DNA of 57,354 nt, taken from positions 489,541-546,894 of the forward strand of contig RQSC01000015.1 of the NCBI GenBank assembly GCA_013416795.1, given 5' to 3'. A program made the translations under genes and the position numbers. Under the pieces are notes generated by a model. It saw nothing but the letters and a program-made list of their open reading frames with translations, searched no databases and had not been told where the DNA came from. The first letter of the stretch is position 1, and every line of letters starts with the position of its first letter. The DNA comes from Prasinococcaceae sp. CCMP 1430. Lineage: Eukaryota > Plantae > Prasinodermophyta. Of the stretch, positions 35,299 through 46,552 are shown piece by piece.

Positions 35299-36250
35299 TC
35301 AGCCGCCCACGCCGCTCGCGCTTCGTAGCGCGAGGAAGAGTGCGACGGGCAGCACGACGACGGCCAGCGCCGCAACAATGGAGATCGTGTCCAGCGCGGA
35401 CGTGTCCTCCTCCTCGAAGACGAACCCCCGAGCCTCCTTCTCGTACGGGTTGAATTTGGTGAAGAAGGGGTCGTACTGCTTGGGGTCGAACGCCGTGCCC
35501 ATCTGGTCGACCTTGAGGAACGTGCTGGCGGTGTAGCCGAAGGCCATCTGCTCGGCCTTCTTTCGCACCTTGTCGTCCGGATGGCGCTTGAGCTGCTCGT
35601 AGAGCTGCTTGGCCTCGTCGGTGCGCCCTGCCGAGTCCAGGCAAATGGCGCGCTGCAGCGTGGCCATGCCCGCCTGCGGCGACCTCTCCACGAGCCGCCC
35701 CGCGGCGGTCCCGAATATCTCGGCCGCCTCCAGAAGCGCGCCGCGCGCCATCAGCGCCTCCGCCTCGGCGAAGTCCGTCTCGTAGTCGTCGAGCTCCTGC
35801 TGCGGCACGACCAGCCCCGCCTTGACCTTGAACGCCTCCATGCGCTCGCGCATGCGCTTCTCACGCGCGAGGGTCACCTCCTCCGGCTCGAGGCGCTCGC
35901 CAGGGCGGATGGTGCGTCCGCCGCCGTACGTCTTTGAGATGTCCTTCGGCCGGGGGAAGACGCCCCAGCTGCCGCTCGTGGACGGCGTGTACTCGGAGCT
36001 CCTCCTCGCCGGCTCCTCTTTGCGGCTGATGGTGAGCATGCTCTCGTCCGCGCGCTGGATGGTCACCTTGACGTCGGCGTTCACCGGCAGGCCTGCGTCG
36101 CGGTACGCCTGCTCGCGCGAGGCGTTCGCCGCCGCTTCCGCCGCGGCCGTCGTCGCCGCGTCGAACGCCGCGCGCGCCGTGTTCGCTGGCCGCCGCCGCC
36201 CGCATGGCGCGAGACCCTGGCTCGGGCGCGGCGCCCGCCCGCCGTCTGCC
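35299..36250 (-). CDS. Conserved green-lineage-type protein with TPR-like helices and C-terminal TM helix; start uncertain
   Basis: SWGVFPRPKDISKTYGGGRTIRPG motif, a TPR-like AICLDSAGRTDEAKQLYEQL segment and a hydrophobic C-terminus. No in-frame ATG is visible, and poly-C runs may hide an indel. Confidence 0.8.
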
Positions 36251-36753
36251 GTCCAGAGGCGACGCCGAAGCCCACGCCACCACGCTCCCCCCCCCTCCCC
36301 CCCCCCCTCCCCTGCCCCGAGGTGCACCGCTCGCGATCGCGCGCGCACGCGCGCGCCACACGCCCACCCGAACCCAAACCCAACCGCACACAATAGCATT
36401 CAAAACCACATCAAAACAACAACAAAATAAACCCGTAAAGCTTAAAACCTCAAATGGCCGCCGCGCGGCGCCAGCCACGAGTCACCGCCTCGCGTTATCC
36501 GAAGTCGCGTTCAGGTTTGTGTCCATAATTTAGGGTAGGGTTCACATTCAGAGCGGACGGGAGAGGTCTGCTCTTGGAAATGCGGGGTTCGCATACCCAC
36601 AGGAGAGTTGATTTTTGCAGGTGCAGTACGTACTGTACAACAGTGCATTTTCGTGAGATTCAAACCCGTGAAGGAAAACCCTTAAAATGAACCCTTACGT
36701 AACATGAACGCACGCGCGCCCGCCGCCGGGGAGGGGGCGGGGGGGGGGGGAGG

Positions 36754-36842
36754 NNNNNNNNNNNNNNNNNNNNNNNNNNNNNNNNNNNNNNNNNNNNNNN
36801 NNNNNNNNNNNNNNNNNNNNNNNNNNNNNNNNNNNNNNNNNN
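36754..36842. other. Assembly gap (N run)
   Basis: 89 consecutive N. Confidence 1.
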
Positions 36843-37478
36843 ACGCCGCCGCGCTGCGGCGCGAGCGGCGGCGCAACCGCGGAGCGAGCGAGCGAGCGCG
36901 GGGGGCTGCAGCGGCGGCCGCCGACTTGGACGCGGACGCCCACATCGACGGCGCGAAGACGGACGTGCCGGGCGACGCCACCTCCGACGCCCTCCTGAGC
37001 TGCCCAGCGTGCCTGGAGACGCTGTGTGTGGACTGCCAGCGCCATGTGGACCGGCCGGGGCAGTTCCGCGCCATGTTTGTGCGCAGCGTCAGGGTTGCGC
37101 ACGGCGAGATGTACAGGCCTGGCGACCAGGCAGCTGGCGGGTGCGTGCGACCAGCCAAGCGCGCGGGCAGCCCTCGCCTCCAAGCGCCGCCGCCGCCCTC
37201 AGTCCTCGCCGCGTCGTGTGTGTGTGTCTGCGTGTGTGTGTGTGTAATCTCAGGTACCGCTCTGGGCTCTCCCGCACCTGTCCGGTATCGTCGCGTGTCT
37301 GACCCGACACGCGCTCGCTCGCTCACGCCCGTCCCCGCGGAACAGGACGCCCGTCGAGGACGACGACGCGCCGCCGCCGTATCGCCCGGTGAGCTGCGCG
37401 GCGTGCGGCACGCGAGTCGCTGTTGTCGACGCCGCCGACGTCTTCCACTTCTTCCACGTGCTCGAGTCGGAGTGCTGA
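36843..37478 (+). CDS. EAPP: E2F-associated phosphoprotein-like, 5'-partial (exons <36843-37140, 37346-37478)
   Basis: SDALLSCPACLETLCVDCQRH...QFRAMFV, and after splicing YRPVSCAACGTRVAVVD..DVFHFFHVL, match the Eapp_C pattern. Confidence 0.88.
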
Positions 37479-37646
37479 GCGGCGAGCGGCGCGCAGAAGA
37501 GTGGGCAGACGCTGCTCGTCTGCTATGCCATGTACTCAATGTATCATATTACAGGTTGGCGGGGCGCGACGCATGCCTCATGTGGAGGCGCGCACGCTCG
37601 CCTGCGCGGGCGCTCGTCCCTGCCGGCGCGGCGCCTCTCACCCTAG

Positions 37647-38776
37647 CTAGCCGCACGAGTCGAGGTCGAGCAACTCACTGAGCCCCCAGCCGACGAAGTA
37701 CGCCGCGCCAGCCGCGACGCTGCCGTTCACGAGCATGTAGAACGCGGACTTGACCTGTGTCGGTGGGGACGGCGGGGTCAGGGAACGCAATCGTCCAACT
37801 GCTCGCGAGGCGAGCGGGGAGGCGACAGGCGCCCGAGCAACGATGCGCCCGTGCGCAGTCGCGCGGCGCGTGCGCACGCGCGGCGCGGCGCACCTTGTTC
37901 TGGCCGATGAACTGCGCCTTGGCCGCCCCGAGCGCCATGAGCGTCAGGGCGGTCAGGATGATTGCCAACACGAACGCGCCGGTGCTCGCAGTCTCGAACA
38001 CGAGGTACGAAATGAGCGGAATGAACCCGAAGACCTCGAACGCCACAAAGGTCACCAGGCCGTTCTTCCACGGCGCGTTGCCGGTCTCGACGGGCTGCAG
38101 GCCGAGCTCGACGTTCATCATGGTGTCCAAGAAGACGTCCGGGTATTTCGAGAGGATGTCAATGACGCGCGTGGCGTCCTCGTGCGTGAGGCCCTGACTC
38201 TCATACAGTTGGACCATTTCCACTTTCTCGCCGTCAAGGTTGTTGGCCATCTCCCAGCGCTCGCGCTGAACGAACGGTGGCGCGGTACGGCGCACAGGGG
38301 CGTCAGCGACTGCGACGCTCGAACTACGGCCAGCAGGCGTCCGCGGCGCGTGCGCGTCTACCAACGGCGGCGCGCTCATGCGCCGGCACCTTTTCCTCCT
38401 GCTTAATGTACTCGACCTCGCTCTTCTCCGAGAGGTAGTCGCCCAGTCCCATGGAGATGCCGTCGGCGAGGAGGTTGGCGAAGCCCAGCGTTATGACGAG
38501 GTTGCGCGACTGGTCGCCACCCACGGTGGCGGCCACGATGGCGAACGTCGTGATGATGCCGTCGAGGCCCCCGTACACCAGCGACTTGACGTACTTGCCA
38601 CCCTCGCCGCTATGGCCCTCCACGTGGCCGCCCGTCGCGCGCAAGTTGTGCGCCGCGATGGACGCCTCCACATCGACGGAGCTGTAGGCGGCGCGGGCGG
38701 CGCTCAGGTCGCGCGAGGGCCCCGCGCCCGACCGCGCGTCGCTCGCCGAGCCGCCGCCACTTCCACCCCCGGCCAT
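37647..38776 (-). CDS. VIT1: VIT1/CCC1-family vacuolar Fe/Mn transporter (exons 38776-38390, 38265-37894, 37754-37647)
   Basis: VYGGLDGIITTFAIV, LGFANLLADGISMGLGDYLS, RERWEM, MMNVELG and FGFIPL. Phase-0 introns. Confidence 0.95.
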
Positions 38777-39197
38777 CCTCGCGCCGCGGTTCAAAGTCCC
38801 CGCGCACGCAGCGCCCCCCGCACACCACACAGCCGCTCACGATCTCCGTCTCTTGGGGGGTGGGGGGGGAGGGAGGGCGGGGCGCGCCCGGCGCACCCCG
38901 CGCGCGCTCTGCCACCCACGTCACGTGCCCTCCCCACCCACCGACTCTATCCGCATTGGATTCCAATTACGTACGTACGGTTCCGAATTGGCAATATCAG
39001 CGCGGCTTTCCCTCGAAACGAAGGCTAAAAAAAACCGGATTCGGAATTCGCACGACATCCAGAAAAAAGGACGGAGCAAGGCGGCGAGAGCGCCGGGGGC
39101 GTGGGGCGGGGCGCGGCGAGGGCGGCGCAGGCGCCGGGGGTGTGCGGAGGGTACATCATACAGGGGGCGCTCGTTACAGCGCCGCGCCGGCCGGCCG

Positions 39198-40853
39198 CTA
39201 CTCGACGGCCTCGCCGATGCCGCTCCAGAGCTCCTGCGCGCGCACAACGGCCTCGCGCATGGGCGCCGTGGCCGGCATGGCCACGGCGAGCTCGTCGAAG
39301 AGCGGCAGGGTGAAGTCGCTCAGCCACTTCTGCTGCATGTCGGGCACCGCGCCGAAGCGCTTCGTGGGTTCGGCCTCCAGGTGCGCCTGCGCGAAGGCGG
39401 TGACGAATCCGTGCGGGAGATTGAGGATGGACTCCGCGACATGCTGTTGGGCAAACTCGGCGAGCAGAAGCTCCACCCAGCGTATCGTCGCGCGGTGGCC
39501 CCTCACCTCAGCGCCGATGTCGGACGACTTCATCACCAGTTCGAGCACAGCCGCTCGGTACTGCGCGTCCGACCACACGTCCGTGAGGCCTTCCTCGGCG
39601 AGCGCCTCCGCGCGCCTCCGCGACGCTCCGAGCCTCTCTTCGTGCTGTTGCATGTCGGTGGCCGCGACGATGCCCTTCGCGTGCGAGACGAATTCGTCGG
39701 CGTCGCGTGCGGAGAGCGCCTTGAGCACGCCCGACTCGCGCAGGGCGCGCGTCATCTTCTTCGCGTGCATCGCCTCGAGCGCGCCGCTCCCGAACTCGTG
39801 CGGCCGCGGCGCGCGCCACAGCGGCGAGTTGGTGGCCCTGATGAACGTGTTGTCCAGGCCTACGTGGCCCATGTCGTGGCCAAGCGCCGCGAGCAGCAGC
39901 ACCGACAGCTCCAGGTCGCTCACCCGGTCGTGAAGTCCACCCATGCTGGCGGCCGCTGCTGCGATCTGCATGACCGACACGCCGTGGCGAAAGTTGTGGA
40001 ACGGAACGCCAGCGTGGTAGCCCTCGGAGCACAGAACCACGTAGCGATGCACCGTCTCGCGCCCCACGCCGAGCACCTCGTGTACTTTTTGGTCGCAGAG
40101 AATTTCTGTCGCCAGCGCGACCAGCTCGTCGATCCCGGCGAGGTCTAAAGGGTCCCCCATGGCGAGGATCGGGTGGAGCGGCGCCTCCGTCTCCTCCGCA
40201 AAGTGGCCAGCCAGCTCTAATGTCTTGCGGAGCTGCATGTGCGAGACAGAGCGGACGAAGGCGAAGCCGTCGTCGTCGTGCGCATCCCCGTTCTCTGCAC
40301 CGCCACGCATGCTGAACGCCCTGCTAGGGACGGCGGTGCCGCACGAGCTCGTGAACCCGTGCGATTCTCTGAGCGCGCGGCTGGTCCACGAAGGCGCCCA
40401 CGCGCTCCCGGGCTCGGCGTGCGACAGTAGCTCCTCGATGCTGCTGGGCCCGAAGCTCTCCGTGAGGGCCTTGGCGGGTTGTTGGTCGCTGTCGGCGAAG
40501 CACTCGACCTCGCTGATGCTCAGCACGGCCGCGCGCGCCGACGCGTCTTCGCAGAGCAGCAACTTGAGCTTCTCCCCGCACATCGCGAGCGCAGACGCCT
40601 TCGTGGCGACGCCGCGCAGGGCGCTGCGTCCCGAGGGGGAGCTGTCCGCGTACTCGGAGTCGGCCACGCCCCGCCCGGCCTGCAGCTCCACCTCGATCAC
40701 AAACGGTGCGGAGGCCTCGTCCGCGCACGCCTCTTCGCCCTCCTCCATGAGATGGCGCTCAAGGTCGCACGCGTGGGTTTCCTGCAAGCGCACGAGCTCC
40801 ACATCGGCGTTGGTGCTGCCCGGCCGAACGGCGTTCACGGCCGCTGCCCGCAC
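39198..40853 (-). CDS. Class I cyclic nucleotide phosphodiesterase (HD domain), 5' end uncertain or truncated
   Basis: PFHNFRHG, ALGHDMGHVGLDN, LEAMH, ATDM, KSSDIG and EFAQQ. Confidence 0.9.
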   Translation of the reverse strand: MRAAAVNAVRPGSTNADVELVRLQETHACDLERHLMEEGEEACADEASAPFVIEVELQAGRGVADSEYADSSPSGRSALRGVATKASALAMCGEKLKLLLCEDASARAAVLSISEVECFADSDQQPAKALTESFGPSSIEELLSHAEPGSAWAPSWTSRALRESHGFTSSCGTAVPSRAFSMRGGAENGDAHDDDGFAFVRSVSHMQLRKTLELAGHFAEETEAPLHPILAMGDPLDLAGIDELVALATEILCDQKVHEVLGVGRETVHRYVVLCSEGYHAGVPFHNFRHGVSVMQIAAAAASMGGLHDRVSDLELSVLLLAALGHDMGHVGLDNTFIRATNSPLWRAPRPHEFGSGALEAMHAKKMTRALRESGVLKALSARDADEFVSHAKGIVAATDMQQHEERLGASRRRAEALAEEGLTDVWSDAQYRAAVLELVMKSSDIGAEVRGHRATIRWVELLLAEFAQQHVAESILNLPHGFVTAFAQAHLEAEPTKRFGAVPDMQQKWLSDFTLPLFDELAVAMPATAPMREAVVRAQELWSGIGEAVE

Positions 40854-40865
40854 GAGCGCGCGCGC

Positions 40866-41255
40866 GAGCTCGCGCCCCTGCTTGGGGAGCGCGCGGTGCT
40901 TTACCGCGAGTTAGCTGCAGGTTTCTACGGCCCAAGGGCCTACGGGCTGGCGGTGGCCATCGTAGAGCTGCCTTTTGTGACGGCGTCCACCTTCCTGTAC
41001 ATCTTTTGCTTCTATTTCCTGGTTGGCTTCCCTGCCTCTCGCCTCGGATACTTCATCGTCATGCAACTCGTTTTCGTATTTTTTGCCGTCTTCTTTGGGC
41101 AAGCCTGTGTCGTGTGGCTACCAAGCCTTGTCGATGCCCAGCAGACTGTTCCGACGCTCGGGATGCTTTTCCAGCTCTTCTGCGGGTTCTTGGTCCCCCG
41201 CTCCCAGATCCGTGGCTTCCTCATCTGGATATATTGGATCAACAGCTACACATAT
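40866..41255 (+). CDS. Isolated exon of an ABCG/PDR-type ABC transporter transmembrane domain
   Basis: ERAVLYRE...Y.LA..IVELPF...FCGFLVPRSQI...WIYWINSYTY, ending at a GTACGC donor. No acceptor, NBD or further exons were found. Confidence 0.85.
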
Positions 41256-41986
41256 GTACGCACGAATGCGCGAAAGTGCGCCACCGCGCTGCCGAATTGA
41301 CTCACACGATGTGCAGTTCACGGCGGCTCATCCTGCGCTGCCTAGGGATGCGCTCGCGCAGCCGATGCTGACAGTCAGGGCCCGCTCGCTCGCGCCCTCG
41401 TGCCCATTTCTACCGCAACCAAAGTACCTGGGCGGCCANCGAGGCGCCCCCGTGCCGCGCGGGGCGTGCGCGCGCTGTGGCGCGCGCGTGGCGCTCAACA
41501 CCCGCGCGCAGACGCGCGAAGATCTTTTTTTTTTGGCTTCAAAACTCAGAACCATTTCGACCGCATACATCCGCGAAACGCGCGCCGAAGATAACATCAG
41601 CATACATCACATACGCTCCGGCAAGGCTCCATTTTCGACGGAGCAAATCCGCGAAGCCGCGCGCGCAAACGCGCGCACGCGCGCCGCACGGTCAACGCCC
41701 CGCGGCGCCGCGCGCATTTTCGAAATTCTTTTTTTTGTTGCGGGAATTCGCACGATGTTTTGCACGCGCAGGAGGCCGTCGGACGCCGCGTTAAAAAAAC
41801 AAAAAAAAAAACAAAAAAAAAACTCAAAAACTCCAACCGGAACCGCCCGCAGCGAAAAAGAAAAAAAAAAGGGGGGGCCCTCGTCACTCAAGCGTCAACC
41901 AACCTCATCAAAACCCGTTCGCACGCGGCGGGTGCCCCAACTTTTTTTTTTAAATGTACGCAATTTGAGTTTGAAAAAGGTTAAAG

Positions 41987-42078
41987 GGTCCCTCCACACG
42001 CATTCTGACCTATCAATTCTTTTTGTTTTTGAGGTCCCTCTCCACGCATTCTGACCTATCAATTCCTTTTGTTTTTGA
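41987..42078. repeat. 2 x 46-bp tandem direct repeat in an AT-rich intergenic island
   Basis: ggtccctc..cacgcattctgacctatcaattc.ttttgtttttga at 41987 and 42033. Confidence 0.9.
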
Positions 42079-43025
42079 CGCCATCGGCATGTCGAGTGCG
42101 GCCCCGCGTTGGCGGAGTTTGCCTTTGGCGATGGTCAAAACGGATTCGAAAACTTCTGGAGGGTGTCATAAAACCCTAAACATTTCTTTCAAAAAAAGGC
42201 GTCGAAAATGTTCAAATTCGCTTGTTATTGCGTACTTTCGGCGGTGACGGCACCACGTGACGTGACGTCGCGTGCGGCGGCGGCCGCGCGCTGCCGGGGA
42301 TAAAAAAACTCCACCCCACAACCGTACCCCAAACGTCCATTCTCAAAACCTCAACCAGCGCACTCATTTTGCCCTGGGCGTTCGCGTCGCCCACGGGCGC
42401 GCCGCGGCGAAAAAAAAGAGGGTTCGCTCCTGATGCGGATTTGTACTGCGTGGGATGTGTGTGTGTTTTTTTTTTGCTTTTTTTTTTTGCGGGGCCGGGC
42501 GGATCGTCGCGATCCGGGCGGCTCGGCGTTCCCCGAGCGGCGCGGGCGCGCGCGCGCGCGCACACAGGCAGGCACACACAGGCACACACGCACTCACACA
42601 CACAAGCAAGCGCACACACACACGACGAGCCCCTAGCTAGGGGCAGCGCAGACGCGAGCACACACCCGAGAGCACGCGCGCCGCGCAGGACGCGCGCGCG
42701 CGGCGCGGGCGCGCGAGCCCACGCGCACACAGGNNAGGGGCGCGCGCGGGCCGCTTTTGGGCGCGGCGCCGAGGGCGCGGGTGCGTCGCGCCCGCGTGGG
42801 AGTGCGCGCGTGCGCGTGCGCGTGCGCGTGCGTGCGTGTGCGTGCGTGTGCGTGTGCGAGCCTGATGAATGCGGGGTGCTTGCGGTTGCGCGTGTGCGTG
42901 TTCGTGTGTGCGCGCGCGTGCGTTTGGGAATGGGATGGGCGAGGGGGCGTGTGCAGTGGCGTGCGCCCCCTCCTGTCCCCTTCCCCAGCGTGCTCACCTC
43001 CGCAGCAACAGGGGGGAAGGGGGAA

Positions 43026-43067
<42 letters not shown>

Positions 43068-43246
43068 TACTGCGCCTCCGTGCGGACGGCGCCACTCGCG
43101 CGCGCGCGTGCATGCGCGCCGCGCGCCGGGGGAGCGGTTCGCGCGGGCAGGCCGACGCGCGCGCGCGCGCCCGTGCGCGCCCGTGCGCGCGTGCGCGCGA
43201 GGAGGGGCCCCTGCTGGTGAGGGCGGACACTTAATAAGCGGCCGCT

Positions 43247-44301
43247 ATGTCGAAGGCCACCTCGTGCAAGGAGGCCATCAAGAACTTCGAGACCGCCAAG
43301 GGCGTCGACGCCACGGCCGCGGAAAAGGTGCGAGCGCTGGCGGGCGCGCGTTCGAGTGCGTCCGCTGGCGGCAACGCCAGCACTGCAAAGCCGCGTTCGG
43401 CGCTGACGTGCCGCGCACTGCGGACTTGCGCGCATGCATGCGCGCGCGCTCTCGCGCTCGCATGCGCCGGCGGATGCCCGTGTGCCCCGTCCTCTGCGCG
43501 CAGGTTACGCTGCTCGGTCAGATTCCGCCCATTGAGAAGCTCGACAACTCGCTGCAGACGCTCAAGGCAGTCAAGCACCTCTCGCTCTCCACCAACAGCA
43601 TCGACAAGGTGAGCAGCGCGCGCGTGGGACCGAGCCGCTTCAGCCGGTCGGATGGCAGGGAGACGAGTCCGATGCGCGTGCGCGCGTGCGCGTGCATGTG
43701 CGTGCGCATGCGTGCGCGCCGGCGCTGCTGCGCCCCCGTCGGTGCGATCAGCTGACGCGCGACCGCCATCCGCCCTCGCGCGCGCAGATCACCGGCCTGA
43801 GTGGCCTCGAAAACCTGCAGATCCTGTCGCTGGGACGCAATTGCATCAAGAGGATCGAGAACCTCGACGCCGTGGCGGACTCGCTGGAGGAGCTGTGGAT
43901 CTCGTACAACAACATCTCGTCGCTTTCCAATCTCGACAAGCTGCAGAAGCTGAAGGTGCTGTTCATTTCCAACAACAAGGTGCGTGCGCGCGCAAGCGTC
44001 CACGCGCGTGTGCGCGCGTGCTTGCGCGCGTGCACATGTGCGTTCCTCACACGCACACTCTCTGTCGCCCGCGTCCACCCGCGTGCAGATCAACTCGTGG
44101 GAGGAGGTGGACAAGCTGTCAAACAACTCGGTGCTCGAGAACCTGCTCCTCGTCGGCAACCCGCTGCACGCGCAGTACGAAGACGCGAGTACGCCGAGCT
44201 CCGAGTACCGCCTGCAGGTGCTCAAGCGCTTGCCCACGCTCATCAAGCTCGACGGCATCCCCATCGATCCCGACGAGAGGGCGGCCGTCAAGGCGCTCTA
44301 G
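43247..44301 (+). CDS. DNAL1: Axonemal outer-arm dynein light chain 1 (exons 43247-43327, 43504-43608, 43788-43979, 44089-44301)
   Basis: MSKATSCKEAIKNFE, IPPIEKLDNSL, HLSLSTNSIDKI, ILSLGRNCIKRIENL, LEELWISYN, LLLVGNPL and LDG. All introns are phase 0. Confidence 0.96.
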
Positions 44302-44537
44302 GCCTGAGGTGCGCTAGACCCCCCGTCTTCGACTCCGGCCGTCCGTGCGCGATTCCAAAGTGGGCGCATGAGCTTGTAAGTTAAGGGAGACGCGGACGAG
44401 CCGGACGTCTGCGCGTGTGGAGTGCATGGACCATGGGGTGCGTGCGCGCATTCGCGTGCACGCGCGCACGCGCGCGTGTGTCTTAGCCGCGGGGTATTAC
44501 GCGTGCGACGGAGCGCGTGGCGTCCACACCTACGCTT

Positions 44538-46222
44538 TCAGGCGCTCTTGTCGAGCTCCGCGACCAGCCTCTGCGAGAACACGTCGGGGACGTCTGGCTC
44601 CTTGTTTTCCCGGGCCTTGTTGATGACCGTCATACGCTGCGCGGCCTCTCCCTTGGCCCGCGCCCCCGGCAGGGCGGCGCGCTGGGCTGCCTCAAGGTCG
44701 CCATTGAATCCCGCAGGCACGCGTGGCAGGCCCTCGAGTGCCTCATTAAAGAGCCGCACGAGGTCATGAATCAGCGACAGACCCTCCTCCGTCATTTTGT
44801 TGCCGTCCTGCAGCCTGCACGTGCGCCGAGCAAGGCGCGAGAAATCGCCGCGAGGGTCAGGAGCGCGCACGAGCGGGCAAATGCGTGGGAGAATAGGCGG
44901 GGTGCGCCTCAACGCACGCGTGCGGATGCTGCCCGGGGCATGCGCGCGCACGCACTTGTAGCCCTTGCTCGCATCCCAGGTCGGTGGGGCCGGGATGGGA
45001 GTCAGCTCGCGAGGCCCTGCTGCGTACTGGCCGCTCGTGTACTCGCGCTTGTCCCATCGCCACACCTCTGCCCCGCTCGAGTCGCTGATGATCGTGCCCC
45101 ACGTGTAGTGGAACAGGGGCGCGTCGGTCCGCTTGACGGAGTTGGGCGGCTGAATCATCATGGACTCGTCGACGTCGAGTTCCAGACCCGCCTTGCGGCA
45201 GGCCAGGCTGAAGCCATACATGTCGCGCACCCACCCGAGACGAGCCGCCACGCTGCTGTTTGCCTCTATGCGCGCATTCATCTCGGCCCAGTGCGGCATC
45301 GTGCGCGCGAACGCCGCGCTTTCGAGGATGCTCGGGGCGTTGCCCGAGCGCGGCACGAGGCTCGCCGGCCCATACTTGGCCTGGGGCAGCAGAGCCTCGA
45401 TTATGTCACGCACGCCAGGGTGGGTCGGGAACACGTAGTTGAACTGCGTTGCGACGTCCCCATCCCGAGGTGCGACGGGCGTTGACCAACGACGGGGTAA
45501 AGGGCGGGCGTCAGTGCGCGCACGCGCGAATGGCAGGCCCTAGCCGGAGCGCGCATGTGCTTGCGAACGTGCGTCGCCGCATGATGCGGGCGCTCAGGCG
45601 CGCACGCACCTTGAAACCCCTCCCTTTACCGGGCGTTGGCAGGTCGGCAGTGGTGATCGGCCTCGCGTACAGGTAGTCCGTCTCGACCAGCATGAGGTGC
45701 GAGCATGTAGCCGCGTCGTCGGTGTGCAGCCAAGAGGACACAGCCGCAGCGCGGTCGGCGACCGGGTACACGCAGTAGTCGTCGCAGTCGGCGTGCAGCG
45801 GCTCCACCCGCCACGTAGGCACCTCGTGCACAAGCTCGTCGTCCGTGGAGCGATGCAGCACGCGCGTGAAGGCGCGCATGAGCCCGTCGCTGCGCGCCGC
45901 CGCGCGCAGGTACGACGCATACATTACCCTCGTCTGCCAGTTCACTGCGGAGCCGAGCGCGGCGCCGAGGGAGGGGGGGGGGGAACCTGCCACCGGCGCT
46001 GCTGCGCTCGAGCAGCGCACCGCGCTCCTCAGAAGGATCAGCACGCGCGATGCATGTCTGGTCCGGGACGTGAGGACGCCGAGCGCTCGCGCACGCACTG
46101 TACGGCGTCCCGTTGCTCGTCAGCACCGTGTGCAGGCATTGCTCGTGAGCCCGGGCCTCGCCCGCCGCCGCCGCCGCGACCAGGGCGGCCGCACACGCGA
46201 GAGCGACGACGCGTCGCGCCAT
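44538..46222 (-). CDS. HPAT: Hydroxyproline O-arabinosyltransferase-like (exons 46222-46099, 45944-45610, 45443-44956, 44814-44538)
   Basis: Signal/anchor peptide, HTVLTSNGTPY|MNWQTRVMY, FTRVLH...DEL...PT, MLVETDYL, SGNAP, GWVRDMYGFS and HYTWG. Splice phases are consistent. Confidence 0.88.
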
Positions 46223-46371
46223 CGGCGCTTCGAAGGGGAGCGGGCCCGCGCCCCCACCACCACCACCACCCGCGCCACCACCGCCGCCGCCCCGCTGTGT
46301 GGGCGTGCGGCGCCCGCACACGCGCCCGGGGAACTTTTTCTTTTTTTCTTTTATTTTCTTCATGTTTTTAA

Positions 46372-46514
46372 ATGACGCAGGCGTGTGGTTCGTGCGGGCA
46401 CCTAACAGATGTGAGACTCTCCCGTGGGTGTTCGTTGCGCATGCGTTGTGACCTGCGTACTTTCAAACTGAAGGTGTGCTTGGAGAGAGGGCGGCTGGTG
46501 CCACACAGCGCACC

Positions 46515-46552
<38 letters not shown>

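Noticed and set aside
42629-42644. 16-bp palindrome gcccctagctaggggc and the long poly-G/poly-C runs (43027-43065, 46519-46552, ~27145-27173)
   Set aside because: These are isolated low-complexity features, and homopolymer lengths are unreliable in this assembly.
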